Source of the DNA: an uncultured Stakelama sp.
GTDB taxonomy: Bacteria > Pseudomonadota > Alphaproteobacteria > Sphingomonadales > Sphingomonadaceae
Direction: 5' to 3'
Assembly: GCA_964575105.1 (NCBI GenBank)
Contig: CAZNQA010000003.1
Span: 2,158 to 66,157 of the forward strand
DNA: 64,000 nucleotides
Part shown: positions 37,482 through 47,187 of the stretch, in pieces
Layout: every line of letters begins with the position of its first letter
Numbering within the stretch: position 1 is the stretch's first letter
Made by a program: the position numbers and the translations under genes
The notes under the pieces: model-generated
What the model was told of the DNA's origin: nothing
Database searches by the model: none
The model's input: only the letters and a program-made list of their open reading frames with translations

Positions 37482-38894
37482 ATGTCGAGTAACCTGCTTT
37501 CCTACGAACCCGCCACCGGTGCCCTCCTTTGGGAGGGTGCGGTCGGCGATGCCGATGCCGAAGTCGCCGCCGCGCGCGCGGGGTGGCCGGCCTGGGCGGC
37601 GCAACCGCTGACCAACCGGATCGAGACGCTCCGCCGCGTCGCCAACGTCGTCCGCGCGCGCGCAGATGCCTTTGCCGACCTGATCGCGCGCGAGACCGGC
37701 AAGCCGCTGTGGGAAGCGCGGACCGAGGTCGAATCGGTGATCGCCAAGGTCGACATCTCGGTGACGGCCTATGCCGATCGCACGCCGCAGCGCCGGCTCG
37801 ACACGCAGATGACCGGGCGGATGGCGCTCCGCCACAAGCCGCACGGCGTGCTCGCGGTGCTGGGACCGTATAACTTTCCCGCGCATCTGCCCAACGGACA
37901 TATCGTCCCCGCCCTGATTGCGGGGAATGCGGTGGTGTTCAAGCCGTCCGAAAAGACCCCCGCGACGGGCGCATTCCTGGTCGATTGCTTTCGAGCGGGC
38001 GGTGTGCCCGACGGTTGCATCCGCCTGCTCGTCGGCGGTGCGGACGAAGGCAAGGCACTCGCCGCTCATGACGGGATCGACGGGCTGCTGTTCACCGGCT
38101 CCGCGCCGACGGGGATCGCGCTCAATCGACAGTTCGCGACGCGGCCCGAGAAGATCCTCGCGCTCGAAATGGGTGGCAACAATCCGATCATCGTGTGGGA
38201 ATCGCCCGATCTCCACGCGGCGGCAGTCATCATCGTCCAGTCCGCCTTTACCAGCGCAGGGCAACGCTGCACCGCCGCACGCCGGCTGATCGTCGACGAG
38301 AAGCTCTACGATCCGCTGATGGACGAGGTGACCAAGCTGGTCAGCCGGATCATCGTCGACGAGCCGCACGCAACCCCCGCCCCGTTCATGGGCCCGGTGA
38401 TCGACAACGCCGCCGCCGACCTGCTCAGCGAGAGCTTCCTCGAGCTGATGATGCGCGGCGGGCGCGCGATCCGCCATCTCGAGCGCCCGGTCCACGACCG
38501 CCCGTTCCTGCGCCCCGCGCTGATCGACACAACCGAGCTCAACGACCGCCCCGACATCGAGCTGTTCGGGCCGATCCTCCAGGTGATCCGCAAGTCGAGC
38601 TTCGAGGATGCGATCGTCGAAGCGAACAACACGCGTTATGGCCTGTCCGCGTCGCTGCTCAGTCAGAACCCCAAGCTCTACGACCAGTTCTGGGCGAATG
38701 CGCGCGCGGGGATCGTCAACTGGAACAAGCCGACCAACGGTGCCTCGTCGGGCGCACCGTTCGGCGGGATCGGCTGGTCGGGTAACCACCGTCCGAGCGC
38801 CTATTACGCCGCAGATTACTGCGCCTATCCCGTCGTCTCGAACGAAGCCGAACAGGCGCGCGCGAGCATCGGCGTGGGGTTGCGCGACGGTTGA
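37482..38894 (+). CDS. astD: Succinylglutamate-semialdehyde dehydrogenase
   Basis: HKPHGVLAVLGPYNFPAHLPNGH, LEMGGNNP, GQRCT, GNHRPSAYYAADYC. Confidence 0.9.
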   Translation: MSSNLLSYEPATGALLWEGAVGDADAEVAAARAGWPAWAAQPLTNRIETLRRVANVVRARADAFADLIARETGKPLWEARTEVESVIAKVDISVTAYADRTPQRRLDTQMTGRMALRHKPHGVLAVLGPYNFPAHLPNGHIVPALIAGNAVVFKPSEKTPATGAFLVDCFRAGGVPDGCIRLLVGGADEGKALAAHDGIDGLLFTGSAPTGIALNRQFATRPEKILALEMGGNNPIIVWESPDLHAAAVIIVQSAFTSAGQRCTAARRLIVDEKLYDPLMDEVTKLVSRIIVDEPHATPAPFMGPVIDNAAADLLSESFLELMMRGGRAIRHLERPVHDRPFLRPALIDTTELNDRPDIELFGPILQVIRKSSFEDAIVEANNTRYGLSASLLSQNPKLYDQFWANARAGIVNWNKPTNGASSGAPFGGIGWSGNHRPSAYYAADYCAYPVVSNEAEQARASIGVGLRDG

Positions 38895-38996
38895 GTTGAT
38901 CCGGATCAGTGCAATAGGATTGGCGCCGGCGGGACATTAAGCACGCCACCCGGCGTTCCCTTCACCGACACCACACTGGTGCGTCGGAGATGCTAC

Positions 38997-39377
38997 ATGG
39001 CCCTTAAATTCGCCGGAACGATGAACGCGATCAACCGCGGACTGGATGCGACCAAGCCCACCAAGGGCGCGGACATGGTCGAGGATTGGGAAGCCGCACT
39101 GGCGGATAGCGAAGTTTCGGGCTCGAAGGGGATTCTCCGTGATCTCGCGGCACTGCGCAAGCAGCTCGAGCGCGATGAGCCCGATGCTGACCGTGTGCAT
39201 GCGTTGCTCCACCGTCTCGGCGCGGCGACCACCAAGATCGCTGACAAGGCCGACGGCTCGCAGGAAAAGCTCAAGGCGCTCGGTGAGGCGCTGACCGAGG
39301 CCGGCGAGGATACGCCGGACGAGGAAGAGGATACCGCCGCAGCCGCCGCCCCCAAGCGCGCGCGCAAGAAGGCCTGA
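38997..39377 (+). CDS. Helical, charged hypothetical protein
   Basis: GGAGA RBS, host-like codon usage, own terminator. Confidence 0.75.
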   Translation: MALKFAGTMNAINRGLDATKPTKGADMVEDWEAALADSEVSGSKGILRDLAALRKQLERDEPDADRVHALLHRLGAATTKIADKADGSQEKLKALGEALTEAGEDTPDEEEDTAAAAAPKRARKKA

Positions 39378-39419
39378 TCCTGACCCGCACCGGCGCGATC
39401 TCAGCGCCGGTCTGGACTG

Positions 39420-39453
39420 AAGCCCGTCGTTTCTCCGGAGACGGCGGGCTTTT
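39420..39453 (+). terminator. Intrinsic terminator
   Basis: AAGCCCGTCGT...ACGGCGGGCTTTT. Confidence 0.8.
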
Positions 39454-39509
39454 GCTTGAAACCACGGTCGAAGCGGGCATGGTACCCGTCCAGCGATTGA
39501 GGACACTCC

Positions 39510-40487
39510 ATGCCGATCTTCGACCCGACACGACGCTCCCTCCTCGCCGGTGGCGCGGCGCTGGCACTGCTGCCCCCGGCCGATGCGCTGGCGCAGTCCG
39601 GCACTACGGACGAGGTCGTAGCACTTTGGCCAGGCGCGATTCCCGGAGATCGTCACGCCACGCCGAAACCGAGCATCGAAGAACGCAGCCATGATCCGCA
39701 ACACCCCGACCGCTGGATTCGCGGGGTCGCTCGACCGACGCTCACGGTAAAGCGCGCGGTCCGACCCAATGGCGCGGCGGTCCTGTTGATGCCGGGCGGC
39801 GGATACGGGTTCCTGTCGTATGACAACGAGGGGCTGGAACAGGCGGCGTGGCTCAACGCACGCGGCATCACCGCGTTCATCCTTCAATACCGGCTCCCGG
39901 GCGAAGGATGGGACCAGCGTGCAAAGGTACCGCTGCAGGATGCGCAGCGCGCAATGCGGTTGATCCGCGCGAACGCAGCACGGTATGGGGTCGATCGCTT
40001 GCGGATTGCGGTGCTCGGTTTTTCCGCGGGCGGACATCTTGCCGGGTCGCTCGCGACGCGACATGCGGAGAAGACCTATGCGCCGGTCGACGCGGCGGAC
40101 ACGCAATCGGCACGGCCCGATTATGCCGGCCTTGTCTATCCGGTGGTGAGCCTTGAAGCCCCCTTTACCCACGGCGGTTCGCGCGACGCCCTGCTTGGCC
40201 CGGACGCCTCGCTTGGGCTCCGCCACGAAGCTTCTGTGGAGGCACGTGTGACTCCGGATACGCCCCCTGTCTTTATCGCGCACGCTGCGGACGATGACCT
40301 CGTCCCCGTCGCCAACAGCCTTGCGCTCTTCACCGCGCTCAAGGCGCAGGCACGCCCCGCCGAACTTCATGTGTTTGAAGCAGGCGGTCACGGTTTTGGC
40401 GTGCGTCTCTCACCCGCACGCCCCGCTTCTGCCTGGCCCGCGCTGTTCCTGGCGTTTGGCGCGAGCAAGCAGATCTTTCCCGCGTGA
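39510..40487 (+). CDS. Tat-exported esterase, BD-FAE-like (acetyl/feruloyl esterase type)
   Basis: TRRSLL Tat motif, MPGGGY, GFSAGGHL, DDLVP, GGHGFG. Confidence 0.82.
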   Translation: MPIFDPTRRSLLAGGAALALLPPADALAQSGTTDEVVALWPGAIPGDRHATPKPSIEERSHDPQHPDRWIRGVARPTLTVKRAVRPNGAAVLLMPGGGYGFLSYDNEGLEQAAWLNARGITAFILQYRLPGEGWDQRAKVPLQDAQRAMRLIRANAARYGVDRLRIAVLGFSAGGHLAGSLATRHAEKTYAPVDAADTQSARPDYAGLVYPVVSLEAPFTHGGSRDALLGPDASLGLRHEASVEARVTPDTPPVFIAHAADDDLVPVANSLALFTALKAQARPAELHVFEAGGHGFGVRLSPARPASAWPALFLAFGASKQIFPA

Positions 40488-40488
40488 G

Positions 40489-40650
40489 TTAATCAGCGCT
40501 GTCGGGCTTCTTCGTCTCCCCGGCGGCGGGCTCGGGATATTGGTCGGGCGTCACGACGCTCTGGTTCTTGACCGCCTGCCGGTCCTCGACCTTCCGCACG
40601 TCGCCGTCATCGTCGATCGCTCCGCCCGGCTTGTTCGCTTGTTCGGTCAT
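40489..40650 (-). CDS. 53-aa hydrophilic small protein (stress-protein-like)
   Basis: AGGAG RBS before ATG 40650; EcfG-like promoter upstream. Confidence 0.65.
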   Translation of the reverse strand: MTEQANKPGGAIDDDGDVRKVEDRQAVKNQSVVTPDQYPEPAAGETKKPDSAD

Positions 40651-40682
40651 CGTTCTGCTCCTGATCTGGGACACGCAAGACT

Positions 40683-40707
40683 AACGCACCATTGGCGGAT
40701 GCGTTCA
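40683..40707 (-). promoter_or_regulatory. EcfG/SigT-type general stress promoter TGAAC-N16-CGTT
   Basis: One mismatch to GGAAC-N16/17-CGTT, correctly oriented upstream of the 53-aa ORF. Confidence 0.55.
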
Positions 40708-41030
40708 CCCGGTCGTCCCGGTTGCCAGTACGGGTTCGACGCGCACCCGCCCGCCGATCAGAACATGGAGATCGATCACCGAACACGCCCCGTCCGGAGT
40801 CTTGATCGTCTGGGCAATCCGCCCCATCGCGCGGTCGGACCCGGCATCGCGCAGGCGCTGGACCGACGATCGCTCGACCGCGCACAATTCGTCGACCATG
40901 AACCCCGCCTGCTTTCCATCGAGCGATGCCAGCAAGGTAAACGCCCCCCCCCCCTGGGCACTCGTCGGCAGACCGAGCGTCTGGTGGAGATCGACCAGCG
41001 GCACTCCGCGTCCGCGGTAAAGCTGCCCTG
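40705..41030 (-). pseudogene. 5'-truncated CheW-like domain remnant
   Basis: GQLYRGRGVPLVDLHQTLGL ... GFMVDEL matches the C-terminal half of CheW; the upstream frame runs into the TBDR terminator. Confidence 0.6.
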
Positions 41031-41048
41031 CGGGGGTGAATGGAAGGC

Positions 41049-41090
41049 GCGAAAAAGGGGCGACCGTTCAGCACGGCCGCCCCTCTTCGC
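41049..41090 (-). terminator. Intrinsic terminator of the TBDR gene
   Basis: Minus strand GAGGGGCGGCCG-TGCTGAA-CGGTCGCCCCTTTTT. Confidence 0.82.
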
Positions 41091-41116
41091 ACGTTTCCAG
41101 GCCGTTACCCGACAGG

Positions 41117-44100
41117 TCAGAACTTGAAGTTCGCCCCTGCCCGGAAGCTGCGCCCGATCAGGCCGGGCGTGTGCCAGCTGGTCAGATAGTTGGGCGAGCT
41201 GGTGTACCCGGCAGGCGCCACCGGGGCGCGGGCATTGAGGAAGTTGCCGACGTTCAGGAACACCTGGAACTTGTCGTTCACCGCCACCGTCGCGTTGAGG
41301 TCGACATAGATGAAACTGTTGACGTAGCAGAACTTGTCCGAGCCATCCGCCGCCTTGTACAGCGCCGCCGCGCACGACGTGTCGAGCGTGCCTTCATCCG
41401 CTGCGACTTCCTTGATCCGGCTGACGTAATAGGCCGTCGCGGTCAGCGAGAACTTGTCGAACGCGATCGTGTTCTGCCAGTTGCCGCGCAGCCGCGGCGT
41501 GCCGTTGCCCGACGACAGTTCCTGCGGCCCGAGCGTGCCCGCATATTTCTGCACCGTGCCATTGGCCAGATGAAGATCATACTGGAACGTGTCGGTCACT
41601 TCGACGCGTGAGGTGAAGTGGATCGAGGACGTGACCGGCAGCGAAACGCTCGCCGCGAGATCGATCCCCGAAATGATCGAGTAGTTCGCGTTCACGAACG
41701 GCGTGTTGTAGATCAGCAGGCGCGGCAGCGCATTCTGATTGGACGGATCGGCTGCGTCGACAACGTTGCACGAATAACCCGCCCCCGTTGCGGCAAGCGC
41801 CGCGCAGCCCGCTGCCTGCGCCGCTGCCGCCGAAGCAAAGGTCTGCCCTGCAACCGAATAATAGTTGCTGCGCGCCTGCCCGCCGAGCGGACCGCTGACG
41901 ATCAGGTCCGACTTCTTGATGTTGAAATAATCGGCGGTGAACGTCAGCCAGCGCTTGGGCTGGAAGATCGCCCCCGCGGTGAAGCTGCGCGACCGCTCGG
42001 GCTTGAGGTCGGGATTGCCGGTCGCACCACTGCCGAGCGAATACAGCGTCGAATAGGTCGGGTTGGACGCATGCGCCGCGACGAACGATGCTGGCGGCGT
42101 GAAGTTGGAGAACCCCGCATAGGAGCTGCGCGTGTTGCTCTCGGCGAAGGTCGGGGCACGGAACCCCTGCGAATAGGTGCCGCGCAGCGAAAAGCCCTGA
42201 ACCGGGGTGAACTTGACGCCGATCTTGGGCGAGAAGTGGTTGAACCCTTCCGAATAATGGTCGTAGCGGCCCGACACGTTGACATCGAGCTGGTCGAGGA
42301 TCGGCGCGTCGACCTCGAAATAGCCTGCCGTCACCGAATGCTGCCCGAACGCCGCCGAGGTGTTGAGCCCGTTGACGTTGAGATTGGGGTTGCGACTGTT
42401 GTTGGTCAGCGATTCCCGGCGGAACTGCCCGCCGACCGCGACCTTCATATCGCCACCCGGCAGCGCGAACAGCGTGCGGCTGAGCGAGGCGTCCACCGTG
42501 GCGATCCACGAATTGGACGCGGTGTTGATCGCCGGAGCGACTGCGTTGCGGACCGCGTCCGAATTGAGGCTCGGGTTGACGAAATTATACGAGCCGGTGT
42601 TGATCGCCGTGAGCAGCGCGGCGTTGTTGGTATAGCCGTAATCGGTCAGGTTCAGGTTGTCGCGCGCATAGACGCCGTCGACCTTCCACGCCCAGCTGTC
42701 GCCGAAGCTGCCCTTGAGCCCGGCGGTCCCGCGGAACACCTCGTTGATACGCGAGCTGCCCGAGCGGAGATCGCCGAACAGATAGTAGATCCGCGCGGCG
42801 CCGTTCGAGGGATTGTTGGCGTACGCCGCTGCATAGGGGTTGTTCGGGTTGAGGCGACGGTCGCCTGCGACCGCGCAGTTGATTCCTGCGCTGCAGATGT
42901 AGACCGGGAGGACAACACCCGGATTGCTCGTCGCCAGCGTCGGCGAAGCGCCGAACGGCTGGGTCTGCCGGATGCCGACCGGCGGCGCGATGATGTCGAC
43001 GCGGTCATGCGAATAGCTCCCGGTGACATAGCCCTCGATCGAATCGCTCAGGCGAACGCTCAACCGCGCTGTGAAGCCATAGCGCTCCTGCAACGGCAGG
43101 ATCTGGCGATATTCGTCCGGCGTGTTGTGCTTGCATGCGGTGCCGACCTGCGATGCGGTGTTCACCGTAAAGGTGCCACGCGCGCAGTCGGTCAGCGGCA
43201 CGAGCGTCTGGAAAATCGCCGGCGTGGTGGCGTTGGCGACCGAGCCTGCGCGCGGGTCGTTGAGGTTGGTCTGCGTCACGCGCGTGACGATCGCGTCGGT
43301 CGAGGCGGTGGTCAGCGAATCGTCGCCGCGTTCGTTGTCCTTCCCGCCGATCGAGGTCAGGTCGAGCGTGTTGAACGGGAAACCGCGCGAGTTATTGCTG
43401 ATCCGCCCGTTACGCTCATATTCGCCGGTCGCGTAGATGTTAAAGCCCTGCGCAGCATAGTCGCCGTAGCCCGCGACGAGATGCGCGCGATATTTCTCGC
43501 CATCGCCCTTCTGCGTCGCGCCGCCCTCGACCCCGCCTTCGATCCCCTGGACGTGCTTGCGCGTGACGATGTTGACGACACCGCCGATCGCGTCCGCGCC
43601 GTACAGCGACGATGCGCCGTCCTTGAGCACCTGGATGCTCTCGATGCTGCTGATCGGGATGCTGTTGAGATCGACATAGGCGTTATGGCCATCGTCGTTG
43701 AGCGGGAAGTTGGTCGAACGCAGCCCGTCGATCACGACGACGGTCGACGAAACGCCCGCGCCGCGCAGCGACACCGCGGTACCGCCTGCCGAGAAACCGC
43801 CCTGGAACCCGTTGCCGATCGAGCCTGCACCATCCGCCGAGATCGAGCGGACCGCGTCCGAAATGTTGGTGATGCCGGCCTTCTGCAACGTGTCCGCGGT
43901 CAGCACCGTGACGGGCGAATATTCGGTCGTCGCGCCGCGGAACAGCGTTCCGGTCACGACGATGTCCTTGTTGGCGTCGGCATCGGCCGCTTCGGTCGGG
44001 ACTGGATCGGCGGGCAGCGTCGTCGCAGTCTGTGCCAGTGCAGGATTGGCCGAGACGGCAATCAGGAGCGCAAGTGGCGCGGACGCAGAACGAAGACGCG

Positions 44101-44128
44101 CCAAGGCGCGTTGATGCGTAGAAAGCAT
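41117..44128 (-). CDS. TonB-dependent receptor (about 1000 aa)
   Basis: Signal peptide, DIVVTGT, SLYGADAIGGVVNI, C-terminal NFKF. Confidence 0.93.
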   Translation of the reverse strand: MLSTHQRALARLRSASAPLALLIAVSANPALAQTATTLPADPVPTEAADADANKDIVVTGTLFRGATTEYSPVTVLTADTLQKAGITNISDAVRSISADGAGSIGNGFQGGFSAGGTAVSLRGAGVSSTVVVIDGLRSTNFPLNDDGHNAYVDLNSIPISSIESIQVLKDGASSLYGADAIGGVVNIVTRKHVQGIEGGVEGGATQKGDGEKYRAHLVAGYGDYAAQGFNIYATGEYERNGRISNNSRGFPFNTLDLTSIGGKDNERGDDSLTTASTDAIVTRVTQTNLNDPRAGSVANATTPAIFQTLVPLTDCARGTFTVNTASQVGTACKHNTPDEYRQILPLQERYGFTARLSVRLSDSIEGYVTGSYSHDRVDIIAPPVGIRQTQPFGASPTLATSNPGVVLPVYICSAGINCAVAGDRRLNPNNPYAAAYANNPSNGAARIYYLFGDLRSGSSRINEVFRGTAGLKGSFGDSWAWKVDGVYARDNLNLTDYGYTNNAALLTAINTGSYNFVNPSLNSDAVRNAVAPAINTASNSWIATVDASLSRTLFALPGGDMKVAVGGQFRRESLTNNSRNPNLNVNGLNTSAAFGQHSVTAGYFEVDAPILDQLDVNVSGRYDHYSEGFNHFSPKIGVKFTPVQGFSLRGTYSQGFRAPTFAESNTRSSYAGFSNFTPPASFVAAHASNPTYSTLYSLGSGATGNPDLKPERSRSFTAGAIFQPKRWLTFTADYFNIKKSDLIVSGPLGGQARSNYYSVAGQTFASAAAAQAAGCAALAATGAGYSCNVVDAADPSNQNALPRLLIYNTPFVNANYSIISGIDLAASVSLPVTSSIHFTSRVEVTDTFQYDLHLANGTVQKYAGTLGPQELSSGNGTPRLRGNWQNTIAFDKFSLTATAYYVSRIKEVAADEGTLDTSCAAALYKAADGSDKFCYVNSFIYVDLNATVAVNDKFQVFLNVGNFLNARAPVAPAGYTSSPNYLTSWHTPGLIGRSFRAGANFKF

Positions 44129-44471
44129 GTAACGATTTCCCCCCATTGCGCACGAAACCGGCGCAACACCTGTTCGCGACCCTGGACCCCCTGTCCCGCC
44201 GCAATAAAAGGAAACTGTCGTCTGTTTGGTGTATTGTAAAGATGAATAAACTAATCTGTCCGGGAGTGTGCCCGATTTGCAACACTAAGACACCAGTAAG
44301 TATTTAGATCAATCGTGTAGGCTGCCGTCCGGTTGCGAGCCATCTGTTTCAACCCGTCTTCCGGCGAGCAGCAAGACAAGGATCGGCGGCGCGTCGGTTT
44401 TCCAACGCCCGCCGTACGAAGCTATTAAGATGACGCGCTAAAACTCAGCAGGATTCTCGCATGCGGACGGT

Positions 44472-47063
44472 TCACGCCATCACTGCCTTCCGGAGGACCC
44501 GCGAGAGTTGCTCGACCGAATACGGCTTGTGGAGCAGCTGGAACCCGTGCGTGCCGTTCTGGGCGAGCACGTTGCTGTATCCGGACGTCAGCACCACCGG
44601 GAGGCCGGGATAGCGCTTGCGGATCGCTTCCCCCAGCTCGATCCCGTTCATCCCGGGCATCACCACATCCGAGAACACGATTCCGAAACGCGCCGCATCG
44701 TTCTCGAGTTCGGCCAGCGCTTCCTGCGCATTGGTCGCCCACACCGTGATATAGCCGAGTTCCGCAAGCGACTGGGTGGTGAACGTCCCCACCTCCTTAT
44801 TGTCCTCGACCACCAATACGCGGGTGCCGTGGCCGTCCTCGAGCTCCTCGGTCGGTATGTCCTCCTCGGCGGCAAAACCATGCTCGACCGCCGGAAGATA
44901 CAGCGTGAAAGTGGTCCCGCGACCGACGTCGCTTTCCACGGTGATATCCCCCCCGGACTGCTTGGCGAACCCGAACACCTGGCTCAGCCCCAGCCCGGTC
45001 CCTTCACCCACACCCTTGGTGGTGAAGAACGGCTCGAAGATCCGCTCGAGCTTGTCGGGCTCGATCCCGGCGCCCGTATCGGTCATCGCAATCGCGACAT
45101 AGCGACCCTTGACCTCGGGATGTGCGCGCACGGCGGGAATCGCGTTTGCAGGACGCACGACGATGTCGATCCGTCCAGCCCCGCCCATCGCGTCGCGGGC
45201 GTTGACCGCCATGTTGACCAACGCGGTGTCGAGTTGGCTCGGGTCGACATTGGTGAAACAGGCGCTGTCAGGCACGTCGATCCCGATCACGATCCGCGAT
45301 CCGGTCAGCGTGCCCAGCATGTCGGCGATGACGCGCAGGCTATGCCCGACGTCGATCACCTCGGGCTTGAGTGCCTGGCGCCGCGCAAACGCGAGCAACT
45401 GCCCCGTCAGCTTTGCTGCACGATCCGCGGTATCCGAAATCGCGTCGATATAGCGCTCGCGCCGTTCGGCGCTGAGATCGGGGCGCTTTAGCAAGTCGGT
45501 CGCCGAGCGGATGACCGTCAGCAGATTGTTGAAGTCATGCGCGACGCCCCCGGTGAGCTGACCGACCGCTTCCATCTTCTGCGACTGGCGGAGCGCGTCC
45601 TCGGCAGTCTGCAACTGGCTCGTACGCGCGACGATCTGCTGCTCGAGCGAGGCAGCGAGCAACGCCAGTTCCTGCTCCGCACGCCGCCGCACCATCGCGA
45701 TCCGGGTACGCTCGGCGACTTCGCGGACGAACGCGATCTCGTCCGCGGGCCAGCACCGCCGGTTCGTATGGTTGAGATACAGCAATGCGACCAGCCCGCC
45801 ATGTTCGGTCAAAGGCATGTTGATGAACGCGCGCGCGCTGATCGCCTCGAGCACTTCCGCCGTATCGGCGGTCCGCGGATCGAGCCGCGCATCTTCGACG
45901 ATCGCGGTCTCGCCACGCTTGAGATCGTCGATATACGACCCGTGCTCGCGAAAATGCAGCACGCCCGCGATCGTGGTGATCCCCGGCGCATTCCAGTCCC
46001 GCGCGATGCTGATCGTCTCGGCCTTCGTATCGACCTCGCCGAACCCCACCCGGCTGACGTCGAGCGTGCGGCCGATGATCCGCGCCGCCTCGAACGCGAT
46101 GTCGTCGGGCTGTTCGGTATCGCGGAACACGTCGCCCAGCTCGACCAGCGCGGACCGCATCAGCTCGCTGCGGCGCTGCTCGGTAATATCGGTCGAAACC
46201 CCGGCGATGCGTAACGCCTGGCCTCCCGCATCATAAAAGGGCTGGCCGCGCGACCCGATCCAGCGCAATTCGCCGTCACGACGCCGGATGCGATAGACCA
46301 CCTCGTAATCGGTGCCTTCCGCCACGCACCGTTGGACTTCGGCAGTGCTCTTCGCACGGTCCTCGGGGTGGATCGCGGCCAGCCGGTCCTCATACGTAAA
46401 AGGCAGGTCGACGGGGCGACCGAAGATCTCCTTGCAGGTTTCCGACGCGGTCAGCCGCTTCGTAGCGATCTCGAGGCTCCACGTCCCGAAGCGTGCGGCC
46501 TTGAGCGTGAAGGCGAGCTCGCGCTCATGCTCCTCCTGCATCCGCAACCGGTCGGTCAGTTCCGCCATCAGCGAGGCGTTGCTCGCCTCGAGCCCGTGCA
46601 GCTTCTCGCGCTCGAGCGTCACATCGACCTGGCTCGCGAAATAATAGGCCAGCACGCCTTCGGTGTCGTAGACCGGCGCCATCAACAGCCGGTTCCAGAA
46701 GATTTCGCCGTTCTTTCGATAATTCAGAATATCGATCTCGAGCGGCTCGACGCGCTCGCACGCGGCGCGCAGCCGCGCGACCGTCGCACGATCCGTGTCC
46801 GGCCCCTGCAGGAACCGGCAATTGCGCCCCAGAATCTCCTCGCGCGCGTAGCCGCTCAACCGGCAGAACGCGTTGTTGGTGAAGACGATCGGATTGTCGG
46901 GCAGCCGCGGATTGGTGATAATCATCGGCATCCGGGTCGCGCGCACCGCCGCGACGAACGGATCGGTGCCGACGTCCTGACCGAGGACTTCGGCGGCAAT
47001 GCGTTCGGCGTCCGCCGTCATCTCGCTCATGTCCGACGCCGGACGGGGAATCGTATCAGTCAA
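44472..47063 (-). CDS. LOV-PAS-GAF hybrid histidine kinase/response regulator
   Basis: GRNCRFLQGP LOV motif, second PAS, GAF, AHDFNNLL, G boxes, REC DVVMPG; TTG start (ATG 47030 is an alternative). Confidence 0.92.
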   Translation of the reverse strand: MTDTIPRPASDMSEMTADAERIAAEVLGQDVGTDPFVAAVRATRMPMIITNPRLPDNPIVFTNNAFCRLSGYAREEILGRNCRFLQGPDTDRATVARLRAACERVEPLEIDILNYRKNGEIFWNRLLMAPVYDTEGVLAYYFASQVDVTLEREKLHGLEASNASLMAELTDRLRMQEEHERELAFTLKAARFGTWSLEIATKRLTASETCKEIFGRPVDLPFTYEDRLAAIHPEDRAKSTAEVQRCVAEGTDYEVVYRIRRRDGELRWIGSRGQPFYDAGGQALRIAGVSTDITEQRRSELMRSALVELGDVFRDTEQPDDIAFEAARIIGRTLDVSRVGFGEVDTKAETISIARDWNAPGITTIAGVLHFREHGSYIDDLKRGETAIVEDARLDPRTADTAEVLEAISARAFINMPLTEHGGLVALLYLNHTNRRCWPADEIAFVREVAERTRIAMVRRRAEQELALLAASLEQQIVARTSQLQTAEDALRQSQKMEAVGQLTGGVAHDFNNLLTVIRSATDLLKRPDLSAERRERYIDAISDTADRAAKLTGQLLAFARRQALKPEVIDVGHSLRVIADMLGTLTGSRIVIGIDVPDSACFTNVDPSQLDTALVNMAVNARDAMGGAGRIDIVVRPANAIPAVRAHPEVKGRYVAIAMTDTGAGIEPDKLERIFEPFFTTKGVGEGTGLGLSQVFGFAKQSGGDITVESDVGRGTTFTLYLPAVEHGFAAEEDIPTEELEDGHGTRVLVVEDNKEVGTFTTQSLAELGYITVWATNAQEALAELENDAARFGIVFSDVVMPGMNGIELGEAIRKRYPGLPVVLTSGYSNVLAQNGTHGFQLLHKPYSVEQLSRVLRKAVMA

Positions 47064-47086
47064 AACCGCCTACTCGGGAGAACCGC

Positions 47087-47111
47087 AACCATTACGCTAC
47101 TTAGGCATTCC
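47087..47111 (-). promoter_or_regulatory. Possible EcfG-type promoter GGAAT-N16-GGTT upstream of the LOV kinase
   Basis: Two mismatches to GGAAC-N16/17-CGTT, correct spacing and orientation. Confidence 0.35.
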
Positions 47112-47187
47112 TCCGCCCCCCCGCAACGCCAGCGCGAGGCATCTCCATGAGAGCGCTGCGTACCTGCCCCGACCCTGAGCTACGGGG

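Noticed and set aside
38931-38957. EcfG-like promoter GGGAC...CGTT before the 126-aa protein
   Set aside because: Spacer is 18 nt and the -35 has a mismatch; too weak to call
40943-40952. Run of about 10 C as a phase-variation tract
   Set aside because: Lies in a gene remnant and keeps the frame; no evidence of function
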